DNA of 64,000 nt from Clostridiales bacterium (GTDB lineage Bacteria > Bacillota > Clostridia > Saccharofermentanales > Saccharofermentanaceae). The stretch lies in NCBI GenBank assembly GCA_017513085.1, contig JAFWDK010000019.1:224146-288145 (forward strand), given 5' to 3'. A program made the translations under genes and the position numbers. Within the stretch, counting starts at the first letter, position 1; every line of letters starts with the position of its first letter. Positions 1 through 9,130 of the stretch are shown piece by piece. The notes beneath the pieces are model-generated. The model was given only the letters and a program-made list of their open reading frames with translations. It was not told where the DNA came from and searched no databases.

Positions 1-2028
1 AGCGCGATCGAAACAGAAACCGGAGCAGAGTTTACAGGAGCTTTTGCACTCGAAAACGGAGAGATCCTTGTTGTAACAAGCAAAACGAACTTTCAGACTT
101 GTGCATCGGAACCGAAACTTTTCGTTATTTCCGCAACCGGTGAAAAAAAACGGGACATTCCTCTTTCTGTCAATGAGCCTCTGACTGATACCCATGTATA
201 CTTGACCGGCAACGGAAATCTTCTTCTTGCCAGCTCCAGAAAGTACTATCTTCTGGATTCCCAGGGAAAAGTTCTTAAGATGGTGGAGGACCCGAGACTG
301 AGCGGACAGATGCTTTGTTCAGATGGAAAATGGTATGCGTGCATGCCTGATTATAATATGGGTGATAGTAATATGTCCTTACAGGAAGTGGATACGAATG
401 AAGGCAGTCTGATCGGCAAGCCGATTTCCATCGATATGTTAATGAGTTATAGCCTGACACAAGGAAAGAAAAATTGTTTTCTCATCAATAATAACGGTGT
501 AGAAAAATATGATCTTCTGGACGGCTCCCGGACCGCTGCTTTTACCTGGAAAGATACGGATGTCAATTTCACCTCTCTGGATTTCTCCGGTGCCAGCATC
601 GAGTCGGAAGACAAGATGATCTTCTTCAAGAAGGTTACCAACGCCGAGGCGGCACGAACAGATATGGATCAAAAAGCCGGTGTGGGAAACCGAGCATATG
701 TGGTCACGCTCACCCGTGCCGACAAGAATCCTCACGCAGGAAAAGAGATCATCAAACTTGGCGTGAATGGAATTAAAGATGAAGCTTTTCTCAATCAGAT
801 CATCACATTCAATACCGACCCGAACCAGAAGGCTCGTATCGAAATCTGCGACTATGCCACCGATTCCGACTTCGTCTTCGATGAGCAGAGCAGTCTGGAG
901 AAACTGCAGGAAAACGCCGACAAATTAACCATGGATATGTTAAGCGGCGAGGGACCGGATATTCTCGTTGGCTATTCCGGACTTTCTCAATTCAACACCG
1001 AAAATACCCTTCTGGATCTGAAACAGTATCTGGACAACGACAGCAACTTATACAAAGAAGACTACTACGCAAACATCTTCAGTGCTTTTGAAACGGACGG
1101 AAAACTCTTCTCCATTCCGATCACATTCAGTTTGGAAGGAATCCTGATCGACAGCAAGATCCAGGGCGCCAAAGATAAGCTTTCTTTCGCGGATCTCGAC
1201 ACCATGGCGTCTTCCCTCTCCGCTGATAAGCAGATGTTTTCAGGCCAAGACTGGAAATCCCTCCTGAGCAAATGGATCAAAGGCATGGGATCTACACTCA
1301 TTGACAATACGAACCAAAAAGTCAATTTCGATTCCGATGAGTTCCGAGCGCTTCTTCAGGCGATCAAGAAACACGGTGTCTCCTCTTCCTCTTCTGCAAA
1401 CTCCTCCACGTCCGGACCAGCATTGGCAGAAGGACACATGAACGATGATCTTCAGTTCTTTATGGGAATGATCGCGGCATGCAACAGCCAACTCAGCGGG
1501 TTAGACGACTTCTCCATGTTTGGTTCTTTTGGCGCCGACTTAAATAACGGAGACATCTTATTCTCCGGATATCCGACGGCGAACGGAACAGGTATGCTTG
1601 CAAACGGAGAGATCACCATGTCTATCACGTCATCTGCCGCCAACCCCGACCTGGCCTGGGATTTCATCCGGTCTTTCCTAAGCGAGGATTCACAGTACGA
1701 TCTTAGTTTCAGCACAAACAAGATCCCGGTCAACAAAAAAGCTTTCAACAAGAAGTGTAATCTTGAAATCAAATTGAACAACGATTATGTGGACAACATG
1801 AAAAAGTCGTCTCCGGATACTGATTACATCCCGTACAGATACTCCCAAAAAGATGTCGATACTTTCGAGTCCATAATCGCATCGGTACAATTCACCAGTC
1901 AGATGGATAGCGCCGTATTAAACATCGTGATGGAAGAAGCAGCCGGTTTCTTCGAAGGCAACCGTTCCATCGACGAAGTATGCAAAAACATTCAGAACCG
2001 AGCATCCCTGATCGTACAAGAAAGATAA
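1..2028 (+). CDS. Extracellular solute-binding protein (carbohydrate ABC type) with N-terminal beta-rich domain; 5' end lies outside the window
   Basis: Frame 1 is open from base 1. SBP motifs GEGPDIL, LLDLKQYLD, DGKLFSIP, AWDFIRSFLS and C-terminal EEAAGFFEGNRSIDEVCKNIQNR. Confidence 0.8.
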   Translation, partial: SAIETETGAEFTGAFALENGEILVVTSKTNFQTCASEPKLFVISATGEKKRDIPLSVNEPLTDTHVYLTGNGNLLLASSRKYYLLDSQGKVLKMVEDPRLSGQMLCSDGKWYACMPDYNMGDSNMSLQEVDTNEGSLIGKPISIDMLMSYSLTQGKKNCFLINNNGVEKYDLLDGSRTAAFTWKDTDVNFTSLDFSGASIESEDKMIFFKKVTNAEAARTDMDQKAGVGNRAYVVTLTRADKNPHAGKEIIKLGVNGIKDEAFLNQIITFNTDPNQKARIEICDYATDSDFVFDEQSSLEKLQENADKLTMDMLSGEGPDILVGYSGLSQFNTENTLLDLKQYLDNDSNLYKEDYYANIFSAFETDGKLFSIPITFSLEGILIDSKIQGAKDKLSFADLDTMASSLSADKQMFSGQDWKSLLSKWIKGMGSTLIDNTNQKVNFDSDEFRALLQAIKKHGVSSSSSANSSTSGPALAEGHMNDDLQFFMGMIAACNSQLSGLDDFSMFGSFGADLNNGDILFSGYPTANGTGMLANGEITMSITSSAANPDLAWDFIRSFLSEDSQYDLSFSTNKIPVNKKAFNKKCNLEIKLNNDYVDNMKKSSPDTDYIPYRYSQKDVDTFESIIASVQFTSQMDSAVLNIVMEEAAGFFEGNRSIDEVCKNIQNRASLIVQER

Positions 2029-2120
2029 GGCCGTGCTACACTCACGACGCTTGTACAAGGAGCACCCCGCCGAAAGGAAGTACCCGGCTGAAGCCAAAGC
2101 CCCATCTTCTTTGGACAGCA

Positions 2121-2148
2121 CACCCCACCACCGGTGGGGTGCTTTTTT
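2121..2148 (+). terminator. Intrinsic terminator
   Basis: Stem CACCCCACC-acc-GGTGGGGTG followed by CTTTTTT, downstream of the SBP stop. Confidence 0.75.
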
Positions 2149-2249
2149 ATGCGACGGGGTCGGGGCCTCAGCCCGGGGACTGCGATTTATCAAGAGATTT
2201 TATCAGCTTTTCTTAAGCCGGTATATCAGAATGAAGTCTGTATTTTCAA

Positions 2250-2759
2250 TCAGCGGATGATCTCCACAACTTCGCCGATGTACATATCATGTGGCGCATC
2301 CGCCGAATAAAACTGTGCCGCGATTTCCGGTTTCATGTTCTTCGGATCCAGCGTCTGCATGAAAAGTTTTCTGCAAACCAGTGTCACCTCGGCCTCCCGG
2401 AAACTTACGGAATCACCGGCCTCAACCGGCGTCAATCCTTCCACATGCATCTTATCGATGTCCCGGCCGGATTTCGAACCGAGGATACCAAGTGTTTTCT
2501 TCCATTCTTCCGGATAGAAGCTTACCGTGAAATATTCGTTATCGTCCATAAACTCATGCGTATAACGCGACGTGCGCACATAGACCGTCGCGACCGGTTT
2601 TCCCCAGATCGTACCCATTCCGCCCCAGGAAATCGTCATCGTGTTGAATTTATCTTTTGTACCCGCAGTCACAAGCGCCCACTTCTTATCGAAGATCTCG
2701 AAAATGTCTGTTTCAAAGTTCATGTCAGCACCTCGCTTGAAAAAAAGTATTGCATACAT
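2250..2759 (-). CDS. Flavin reductase-like (split-barrel FMN-binding) protein; real start probably MNFETD at 2723
   Basis: WALVTAG, NTMTISWGG, RYTHEF, SKSGRDIDK, HDMYIGEV. Confidence 0.85.
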   Translation of the reverse strand: MYAILFFKRGADMNFETDIFEIFDKKWALVTAGTKDKFNTMTISWGGMGTIWGKPVATVYVRTSRYTHEFMDDNEYFTVSFYPEEWKKTLGILGSKSGRDIDKMHVEGLTPVEAGDSVSFREAEVTLVCRKLFMQTLDPKNMKPEIAAQFYSADAPHDMYIGEVVEIIR

Positions 2760-2814
2760 TATATCCTAGTTTTCAGATTCCGCGACGTATCTTCACACCA
2801 AAGATCCGTCAGAA

Positions 2815-4188
2815 TCAGTTCGCGCTCCGCAGGAAGATCATGAGCATCACGACCGCAAATCCGAAAACAAAAGCCAGAGCGCCTTTGTCATTATCTTTCT
2901 TCACCGCGATCTGCGGGATCTCTTCGATCGTCGTGTAGATCAGGGCGCCGCCTGCTGTGGCCATGATATAAGGCAGGATCCGCGGAAACAAAACGACCAG
3001 AACGACCGTGATCACACCGAGAAGCGGGATCGGCGTGCCGGAAACGACACCCATAAAAAATGCTTTTCCCGTCTTTGTTCCCGCATCACGGATCGGAAGC
3101 GCGACGCAGAGCGCCTCGGGAATATTTTGCAGCGCGATCGCTATGGCCAGAACGATCGCGACCGAAGAAGATATCCATTCCGTCTTCATGAAATGCGCTG
3201 CATAGATCGCGCCGAGAGCGATCCCCTCCGGCGTATGGTGAATGATCTCCTTGAGCAGCACTTTGGTCTGCGAGTCCAGGTTGCTTTTGGGTCCTTCCGT
3301 AATATCTGAAAACGCATGTTTATGCGGCACGACGACATCCAGGAAGATCTGGAACAGCACACCGACGCAGAAGCAGACCGTGACCGGGATGATGCCATTT
3401 CTATTCTCCAGACTCAAACCTCCGATTGAAGGTTCGATCATGCCCCAGACGGCAATCGAAAACATAATACCGGAACTGCATCCGACCAGCATAGCGCGCA
3501 GCGTATCCGACAGTTTATTCTTGGCATAGATCACCGCGGAACCGAGAAGCGTTCCGATCAGCGGGATCAGCATACCGAACAGCGTATCGGCATCCGATAA
3601 TGTATGCGAACTGTCCAGGTACGTGATCAGTGTGCGGAATCCGATGAACAGCAGGATCGTTCCACCCATGATCTCCGAACCGGCGCGATACCGGCTGCCG
3701 AAAATATTACCGATCTTCACTCCGATCGTCGAAATGATGAACGTCACAATACCGATCACACCGACCGCAAACAGCACATTGACAAACCGACCGGCAGATA
3801 AAACTTCAACAGGGACCGCAACAAAAGTGATGCCGACAGCCAGCGCGTCGATACTGGTCGCGATGGCCATCATGAACATCGTCTTTACATCAAAACCCGG
3901 CTTGGCATCTTCATCCGGAGCAAGCGCCTCCTTGATCATGTTCCCACCGATCAGTGAAAGTAGCCCGAAAGCTACCCACGGCGCTACCATAGTGATGAAA
4001 CGTTCAAAAGCAGATCCGACGAGATAGCCGATCAACGGCATTATGGCCTGGAAAAATCCGAACCATATTCCACAAAGAAAAAACTCTTTCTTCGAGATCT
4101 TCTTCGACGCCAGTCCTTTGCATATCGATACGGCAAAAGCATCCATCGCAAGACCAACAGATAGAAGCAGCAGTTCAAATAATCCCAT
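2815..4188 (-). CDS. Fusion of MntP-type manganese efflux pump (N-terminal) and ZIP/ZupT-type metal transporter (C-terminal)
   Basis: MntP motifs GLAMDAFAVS and AIATSIDALAVG; ZIP-like motifs HHTPEGIALG, LQNIPEA and PHKH loop in one continuous ORF. Confidence 0.8.
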   Translation of the reverse strand: MGLFELLLLSVGLAMDAFAVSICKGLASKKISKKEFFLCGIWFGFFQAIMPLIGYLVGSAFERFITMVAPWVAFGLLSLIGGNMIKEALAPDEDAKPGFDVKTMFMMAIATSIDALAVGITFVAVPVEVLSAGRFVNVLFAVGVIGIVTFIISTIGVKIGNIFGSRYRAGSEIMGGTILLFIGFRTLITYLDSSHTLSDADTLFGMLIPLIGTLLGSAVIYAKNKLSDTLRAMLVGCSSGIMFSIAVWGMIEPSIGGLSLENRNGIIPVTVCFCVGVLFQIFLDVVVPHKHAFSDITEGPKSNLDSQTKVLLKEIIHHTPEGIALGAIYAAHFMKTEWISSSVAIVLAIAIALQNIPEALCVALPIRDAGTKTGKAFFMGVVSGTPIPLLGVITVVLVVLFPRILPYIMATAGGALIYTTIEEIPQIAVKKDNDKGALAFVFGFAVVMLMIFLRSAN

Positions 4189-4225
4189 AGTATTTTGTTA
4201 ACTCCCTCAACCAAATTTCCTTATG

Positions 4226-5053
4226 TCAAAGTTGTTTTTCTTTACTGTCCAAAGTCTCATTCATACTGCCGGTCCGATAGCCCTGAAGATCCATCGTAAC
4301 ATAAGCAAAACCAAGTTCATGCAGCGTGGAACAGACCTTGTCGCGCACGCCCTCTTCAACCAGTCTGGGGAATTCTTGCGGCAACACTTCGATCCGGGCG
4401 ATATTCCCGTGGATGCGGACGCGGAACTGCTTGAAACCAAGGTCCAGGAGAAGTTGCTCGGCCTGATCGACCATTCTGAGTTTCTCTTCACTGATCGTCT
4501 CGCCGTAAACAAAACGCGACGACAGGCAGGCGAACGACGGCTTATCCCAAGTCGGAAGATCCAGTTCTTTTGAAAGCTGACGGATATCCTCCTTCGTCAG
4601 ACCGGCTTGCCGAAGCGGGCTTTTGACACCAAGTTCCGCCACCGCGATCAGCCCCGGCCGGTAATCGCCGTTATCGTCAAGATTGGATCCCTCCGCAACA
4701 TACTCAATTCCATTCGCCGCGGCCACGTCCAGGATCTTCGTAAAAAGCTCTTTCTTACAGATATAGCAGCGGTTCTTGGGGTTCTGGCGGAACCCGTCGA
4801 TCGCTAGTTCCTCAGATTCGATCACGACCTGCCTGATGCCTTCCTTTTCGCAGAATGCAGTTGCCTCTTGTAATTCTCGTTTGGGAAAAGAACAGGATTT
4901 AGCCGTAACGGCGATCACCTTATCCTTTAAGACATCTTTGGCGACCTTCAAAAGAAATGTGGAATCGACGCCGGAAGAGAATGCAACGGCTACACTTCCA
5001 AGCTCCTGAAGATACTGTTCCAGTTTCTGTTTTTTCTCATGTAATGCGTCCAT
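4226..5053 (-). CDS. larE: LarE family ATP-dependent sacrificial sulfur transferase (PP-loop)
   Basis: AFSSGVDS PP-loop, NRCYICK, DYRPG, KPSFACLSSR, RVRIHG, GYRTGSMN. Confidence 0.85.
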   Translation of the reverse strand: MDALHEKKQKLEQYLQELGSVAVAFSSGVDSTFLLKVAKDVLKDKVIAVTAKSCSFPKRELQEATAFCEKEGIRQVVIESEELAIDGFRQNPKNRCYICKKELFTKILDVAAANGIEYVAEGSNLDDNGDYRPGLIAVAELGVKSPLRQAGLTKEDIRQLSKELDLPTWDKPSFACLSSRFVYGETISEEKLRMVDQAEQLLLDLGFKQFRVRIHGNIARIEVLPQEFPRLVEEGVRDKVCSTLHELGFAYVTMDLQGYRTGSMNETLDSKEKQL

Positions 5054-5166
5054 ATGTACCTCTGTCTGTATTCCGATAGAGCGGAAAGAATCTTTTTCTT
5101 GATTGTACTATAGTACTCGATAACTTTCCTCGCTTCAATATCAACAGACATACAGACGTACCCGGA

Positions 5167-5679
5167 TCAGGCGATATATTTCACACCCAAAGAACGAAGT
5201 TCCTGACGCATCTTCTGTACCTTTTCTGCCGGAAATCTCCGTCCGATACTCTCCTCGAGCATAACGACGGACGCCCCCGTCTTCGCCGCGCCTTTTGCTG
5301 TGGCGCCGACACATCCGCACTCATCGATCCCGCAGATCGCCACTTCTTTATAGTTCTGTGCTTTCATGTACTCGCGGAAAGCCTTGGCCGTATAGGCGTC
5401 AGAACGACTCTTCTCAAAGCACAGATCCGACACAACATCCAGTTTGCTGTAGAGCTCTGCCCCTTCTGTTCCCCGGATCGAGAATCCGACTCCCCACATC
5501 AGTTTGGACAATACATGCTTAATGTATATGATGTCGTAGCCCTTCTCTTTATAATCGGCAATCGTCCGATTGATATGCCCGACCAGCGCATCACTGTCAT
5601 AAGTAAACATCGCCTTTCTTTTTTCCCAGAAATAGTCATTCTGTATATCGATTACCAGAAGTGCTCTCTTCTCTTGCAT
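5167..5679 (-). CDS. Isochorismatase-like cysteine hydrolase
   Basis: ALLVIDIQND, GTEGAEL, FEK and GIDECGCVGATA supply a D-K-C triad; start chosen at MQEKRALLV after an RBS. Confidence 0.85.
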   Translation of the reverse strand: MQEKRALLVIDIQNDYFWEKRKAMFTYDSDALVGHINRTIADYKEKGYDIIYIKHVLSKLMWGVGFSIRGTEGAELYSKLDVVSDLCFEKSRSDAYTAKAFREYMKAQNYKEVAICGIDECGCVGATAKGAAKTGASVVMLEESIGRRFPAEKVQKMRQELRSLGVKYIA

Positions 5680-5812
5680 ATATTTCTCTCCTTCTCCAAT
5701 CACTATGTTTCTCACCATTATTGAACGCGTTCAATTTATGATAACGCAGATTCTTCTTCTTTTCAATCAGAAAAAGAAATCCTGACAAAAAAATGCCGAT
5801 ATCATCAAAAAA

Positions 5813-5857
5813 GTTCCATATAGAACATTGACACCAATTAGTTCTATATGGTACCAT
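5813..5857 (+). promoter_or_regulatory. SigA promoter of the marR-like gene with two palindromic operators
   Basis: -35 TTGACA 5828-5833 and TGn-TACCAT -10 5852-5857. Imperfect palindromes GTTCCATATAGAAC 5813-5826 and GTTCTATATGGTAC 5841-5854. Confidence 0.6.
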
Positions 5858-5926
5858 CTTCCTGTAAAACGTTTTATGATTTGCGGCGGAAGGATCTGTC
5901 CCCGCCTCAACAAAAAGGAGAGCACC

Positions 5927-6370
5927 ATGGATACCCGGACGGGTTTTCTCATATCTCAGATCAAGCAGGTGCAGGCCCGCGTGTTTCAGAAGCTCCTGGT
6001 GGAAAGCGGAGTGGAAGAATTCAATGGTCCGCAGGGACATATCCTGTATGTTCTCTGGCAGGCAGACGGAGTTCCGATCGTAGAGCTTTCGAAGAAGACC
6101 GGGCTTGCGAAGAACACCCTGACTGCGATGCTTGGCCGTCTTGAAGACTCCGGTCTGATCACCAGAGAAGCCCATGCTACAGACAAGCGCCAGTCCTTGA
6201 TCGTGCTTACGAAGAAAGCACGTTCCTTGAAAGGCAAATACGATGAGGTATCCGAACGCATGAATGAGATCTTCTACCAGGGATTTACCGAGAAAGAAGC
6301 GCTCCGCATGGACAGTTATCTTGACCGGATCCTGGAGAATCTCGAGAAGTCCGAACAACAGAAGAAATGA
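5927..6370 (+). CDS. MarR family transcriptional regulator
   Basis: QGHILYVLW, ELSKKTGLAKNTLTAMLGRLEDSGLITR, DKRQSLIVLT; RBS AAGGAG before ATG 5927. Confidence 0.9.
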   Translation: MDTRTGFLISQIKQVQARVFQKLLVESGVEEFNGPQGHILYVLWQADGVPIVELSKKTGLAKNTLTAMLGRLEDSGLITREAHATDKRQSLIVLTKKARSLKGKYDEVSERMNEIFYQGFTEKEALRMDSYLDRILENLEKSEQQKK

Positions 6371-6387
6371 TCGAAGGAGAATTTAAA

Positions 6388-6990
6388 ATGTCTAAAAAAC
6401 TTGCCGAAAACGGAAATGATTTTTGCCCGCAATCACTGTTCCTTTACGGAACGAAAAACGAAGACGGAACGCCGCATTTCGGACTGTTCTGCTGGTTCAG
6501 TTATATCAGCACCCTGACGGAAAACGGTGAGGGTCTGGGCGTGATGGCCTGCATCGGCGAAGAAAAACTCACGAAAGATCTGATCCGCAAAAACGGCGTA
6601 TTCTCTGCCAACCTGGTTACAGAAGAACTGCTTCCGCTCGCCGACTATTACGGCAACATCAGTGGTCGTGAAAACCCGGACAAGATGCGTCATATGCCTA
6701 CAGTTGAGCAAGGTCTGAAACTGGATGTTCCGACGATTGCCGAGAGTCCGATCAGCATGGAACTGCGTGTCCAGAAAGAGATCCACTTGACCGAGGGCAG
6801 CGATGTATTCCTTTGCGAGATCGTAGCCGTTTCCATGAAGGAGGAACTCATGAATAAGCAGATCCCCTTCATCGACAGATATCTGTCGGTCATGCCGGTC
6901 CTCGCCGGCGGCGAACTACGCTATGTCACCGCAGACGGGAGAGACATGGGCCATTGGGGCGAACCCATGCAGGAACTCGCAGAAAAGTAA
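6388..6990 (+). CDS. Flavin reductase-like protein
   Basis: FCPQSLFLYGT, FSANLV, ADYYGNISGR, PTIAESPISMEL; RBS AAGGAG. Confidence 0.75.
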   Translation: MSKKLAENGNDFCPQSLFLYGTKNEDGTPHFGLFCWFSYISTLTENGEGLGVMACIGEEKLTKDLIRKNGVFSANLVTEELLPLADYYGNISGRENPDKMRHMPTVEQGLKLDVPTIAESPISMELRVQKEIHLTEGSDVFLCEIVAVSMKEELMNKQIPFIDRYLSVMPVLAGGELRYVTADGRDMGHWGEPMQELAEK

Positions 6991-7035
6991 ATCAGGAAGT
7001 GCTTGGTGGAGAAGCTCGGCATGTTGAGGTTTCTT

Positions 7036-7542
7036 CTATTTTTTCGTTTGCTCATTCTTCTTCCGGATTTTCTTAGTATAAGATCTGGCGTTGATAGTCA
7101 GCAATATTGAAAACACGATCGAGATCCATGCCGGGATCACGCAGTATCCGGGGCTGATCTGTCCGTCACTTTTCAGCACCAGGATCGCGGATCCGATCGT
7201 CACGCCGCAACAAACCATTTCTAATCCGAAAAATATAAGTGCCCGTATGATCGCCTGCTTCTTCGTTTTGTCTGTATAGTCCGCAATTAACAATAATGAT
7301 TCTTTTGTCTCTTTGTCCATTTTCTCACTTTTCCTTTCGCCATCGATAAGTTCGCGGATATCCACATCGTAATAATCCGCCAGTTCAACAAGGATGCTCA
7401 GATCCGGAAGTGTATTTCCGTTTTCCCAACGTGAAACACTTCGGGACGATACTCCGAACAGATCAGCAATCTCTTCTTGCGTCTTATCTTTCTCTTTTCT
7501 CAGACGCTTAAGAAACTCACCGATCTTTTTCTGGTCTATCAT
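7036..7542 (-). CDS. XRE/Cro-CI helix-turn-helix regulator with two C-terminal TM helices
   Basis: KIGEFLKRLRKEKDKTQEEIA...VSRWENGNTLPD; hydrophobic C-terminus; RBS AAAGGAGG. Confidence 0.9.
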   Translation of the reverse strand: MIDQKKIGEFLKRLRKEKDKTQEEIADLFGVSSRSVSRWENGNTLPDLSILVELADYYDVDIRELIDGERKSEKMDKETKESLLLIADYTDKTKKQAIIRALIFFGLEMVCCGVTIGSAILVLKSDGQISPGYCVIPAWISIVFSILLTINARSYTKKIRKKNEQTKK

Positions 7543-7898
7543 GCAGAAATCCTCCTTTCGGTTCTGATTATCGATCGACTGCCCTAAGAAAACCACGTCA
7601 CAAAGTGAGAAATGACGTTTTTCCTACCGGACAGATTTGTCTGGTCGCCTGTTTTCAGGCATTTCCGAGATATCCATCCCGGAACCGATTTTATGTCATT
7701 TTACAATAAGCCGCAAGCGGAAACAATTCCTTCCGACTCACGAAAAGAACTTTCCAAGATGAGGTCGCTTCCTCGTTCATCTCCCCGTTCAATCTGAATC
7801 TAAGGAAACCACAGCAGGCGCTCTCTTCTATTCTTTCGGGTTCGATGATGGTATAATAGTCAAAACAGTTCACCTTCAAGTTTAGGAGGATTACGAGA

Positions 7899-8249
7899 AT
7901 GGAAAATTTAAACTACCAGCCACCGGTAACAGTCAATGACCGGGCTGGCGAAAAGGTAATCGAAGCGAACTTCCGAATCGATGATATAAAAGCTCAGATC
8001 GCAGAACTAGAGATCAAGATTTCTGCTCTATACAATGTGATCGTCGAGCAAGGTATCGATCCTAAGCTTATCGAAAGGAAAGTTGAAGAACTGGTAACAA
8101 ACCGTCCTGAACGACCGCTCGTATCTGTCTTAACAAGATCGCAGATTTGTCCGGAATGCGGGAAGAAGGTCAAACCATCCTCCGTTGATCCATTGATGGG
8201 AACCTGCCTGTTCTGTGGGACCAAAGTGCCTTTTTACCCTACATTCTGA
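7899..8249 (+). CDS. Hypothetical protein, coiled coil plus C-terminal zinc ribbon
   Basis: CPECG...CLFCG; RBS AGGAGG; TG-TATAAT -10 just upstream. Confidence 0.75.
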   Translation: MENLNYQPPVTVNDRAGEKVIEANFRIDDIKAQIAELEIKISALYNVIVEQGIDPKLIERKVEELVTNRPERPLVSVLTRSQICPECGKKVKPSSVDPLMGTCLFCGTKVPFYPTF

Positions 8250-8280
8250 ACAGACGGCAAGCACAATAAACCAAGATCAC

Positions 8281-8306
8281 GAACGGCTTACATGCCGTTC
8301 TTTTTA
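8281..8306 (+). terminator. Intrinsic terminator
   Basis: GAACGGC-ttacat-GCCGTTC followed by a T-run. Confidence 0.65.
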
Positions 8307-8417
8307 TTTATCCGCTCAGTATAACTATCTCATTTTTTCACTATTCTGCCTTATAATGGAGCCAAAAGAACCAAGTCGGCGGGGAGATCCTGCATTCCCG
8401 CAGTTTTCGGCATCAAC

Positions 8418-9095
8418 TCACAGAAATATCCCCATCAGAACGAAAAGCGCAATAATGATCGCAAGATATACCAGCGCGAGTATTCGCTTGATGGTTTCTT
8501 TCTTCCTGTCTTTCCTCTGCCGGACCGGCGGAAGCGAGAAGATCCTCTTCCATTTCTCCCTTTTCGGATGCTCGACGGTATTGTCGATATAGGAACGGAA
8601 ATCGAAATTCGATCTGACCTCACTATCCGGGTACAAGTGTTTCTCCGCTGTACGGGAAAACCGGTCCTCCTGCGTCAGCTGTCTTAGATTCCGTGCAATA
8701 TCGCATCGGTCGGCAGACATACTCACAAGTGATTCCTGGACCCCAAAGTACTCCGCGATGTCCTCTGTGCCGCAGGACTTCTTCTCCGCGATGCAGACGA
8801 TAAACCAGATCTCCGGCAACTTATCCCCGACGAAAGGCGGTTTTTGCATATATTCCTCGATATATTCGTCCCTCGAGGAATATTTCTCCATTTCGGGAAA
8901 ACCATCCGCCCAGCTATACATCAGGCCATATCTTCGCGCCCGCAGGTCGCTTTCCGTATAGAACTCTTTGTCATGCTTGATATAAGCCCATTTTGCGATC
9001 CGAGGATGGTCGAGTGCAGCACGGATAAAGGCTTCCGTATCCTCGCCCTTATCGCCTTCTTTTATCGTGATATAATAACCGTGCTCTTTACTCAT
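8418..9095 (-). CDS. Rep_2 (HUH rolling-circle Rep)-like protein with degenerate catalytic motifs and a C-terminal TM anchor
   Basis: WAYIKHDKE, GDKLPEIWFIV, IAEYFGVQESLV, LRQLTQED, KHLYPDSEVRSNFDFR follow the motif order of Rep_2 proteins; hydrophobic tail. Confidence 0.6.
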   Translation of the reverse strand: MSKEHGYYITIKEGDKGEDTEAFIRAALDHPRIAKWAYIKHDKEFYTESDLRARRYGLMYSWADGFPEMEKYSSRDEYIEEYMQKPPFVGDKLPEIWFIVCIAEKKSCGTEDIAEYFGVQESLVSMSADRCDIARNLRQLTQEDRFSRTAEKHLYPDSEVRSNFDFRSYIDNTVEHPKREKWKRIFSLPPVRQRKDRKKETIKRILALVYLAIIIALFVLMGIFL

Positions 9096-9130
9096 ATTTC
9101 TCTTTTCCCCAAATCACGCTCAAGCGCGCG

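Noticed and set aside
2040-2120. SRP RNA or twister/hammerhead ribozyme
   Set aside because: CCGAAAGGAAG and GTACAAG are only superficially similar; the required conserved cores are not present.
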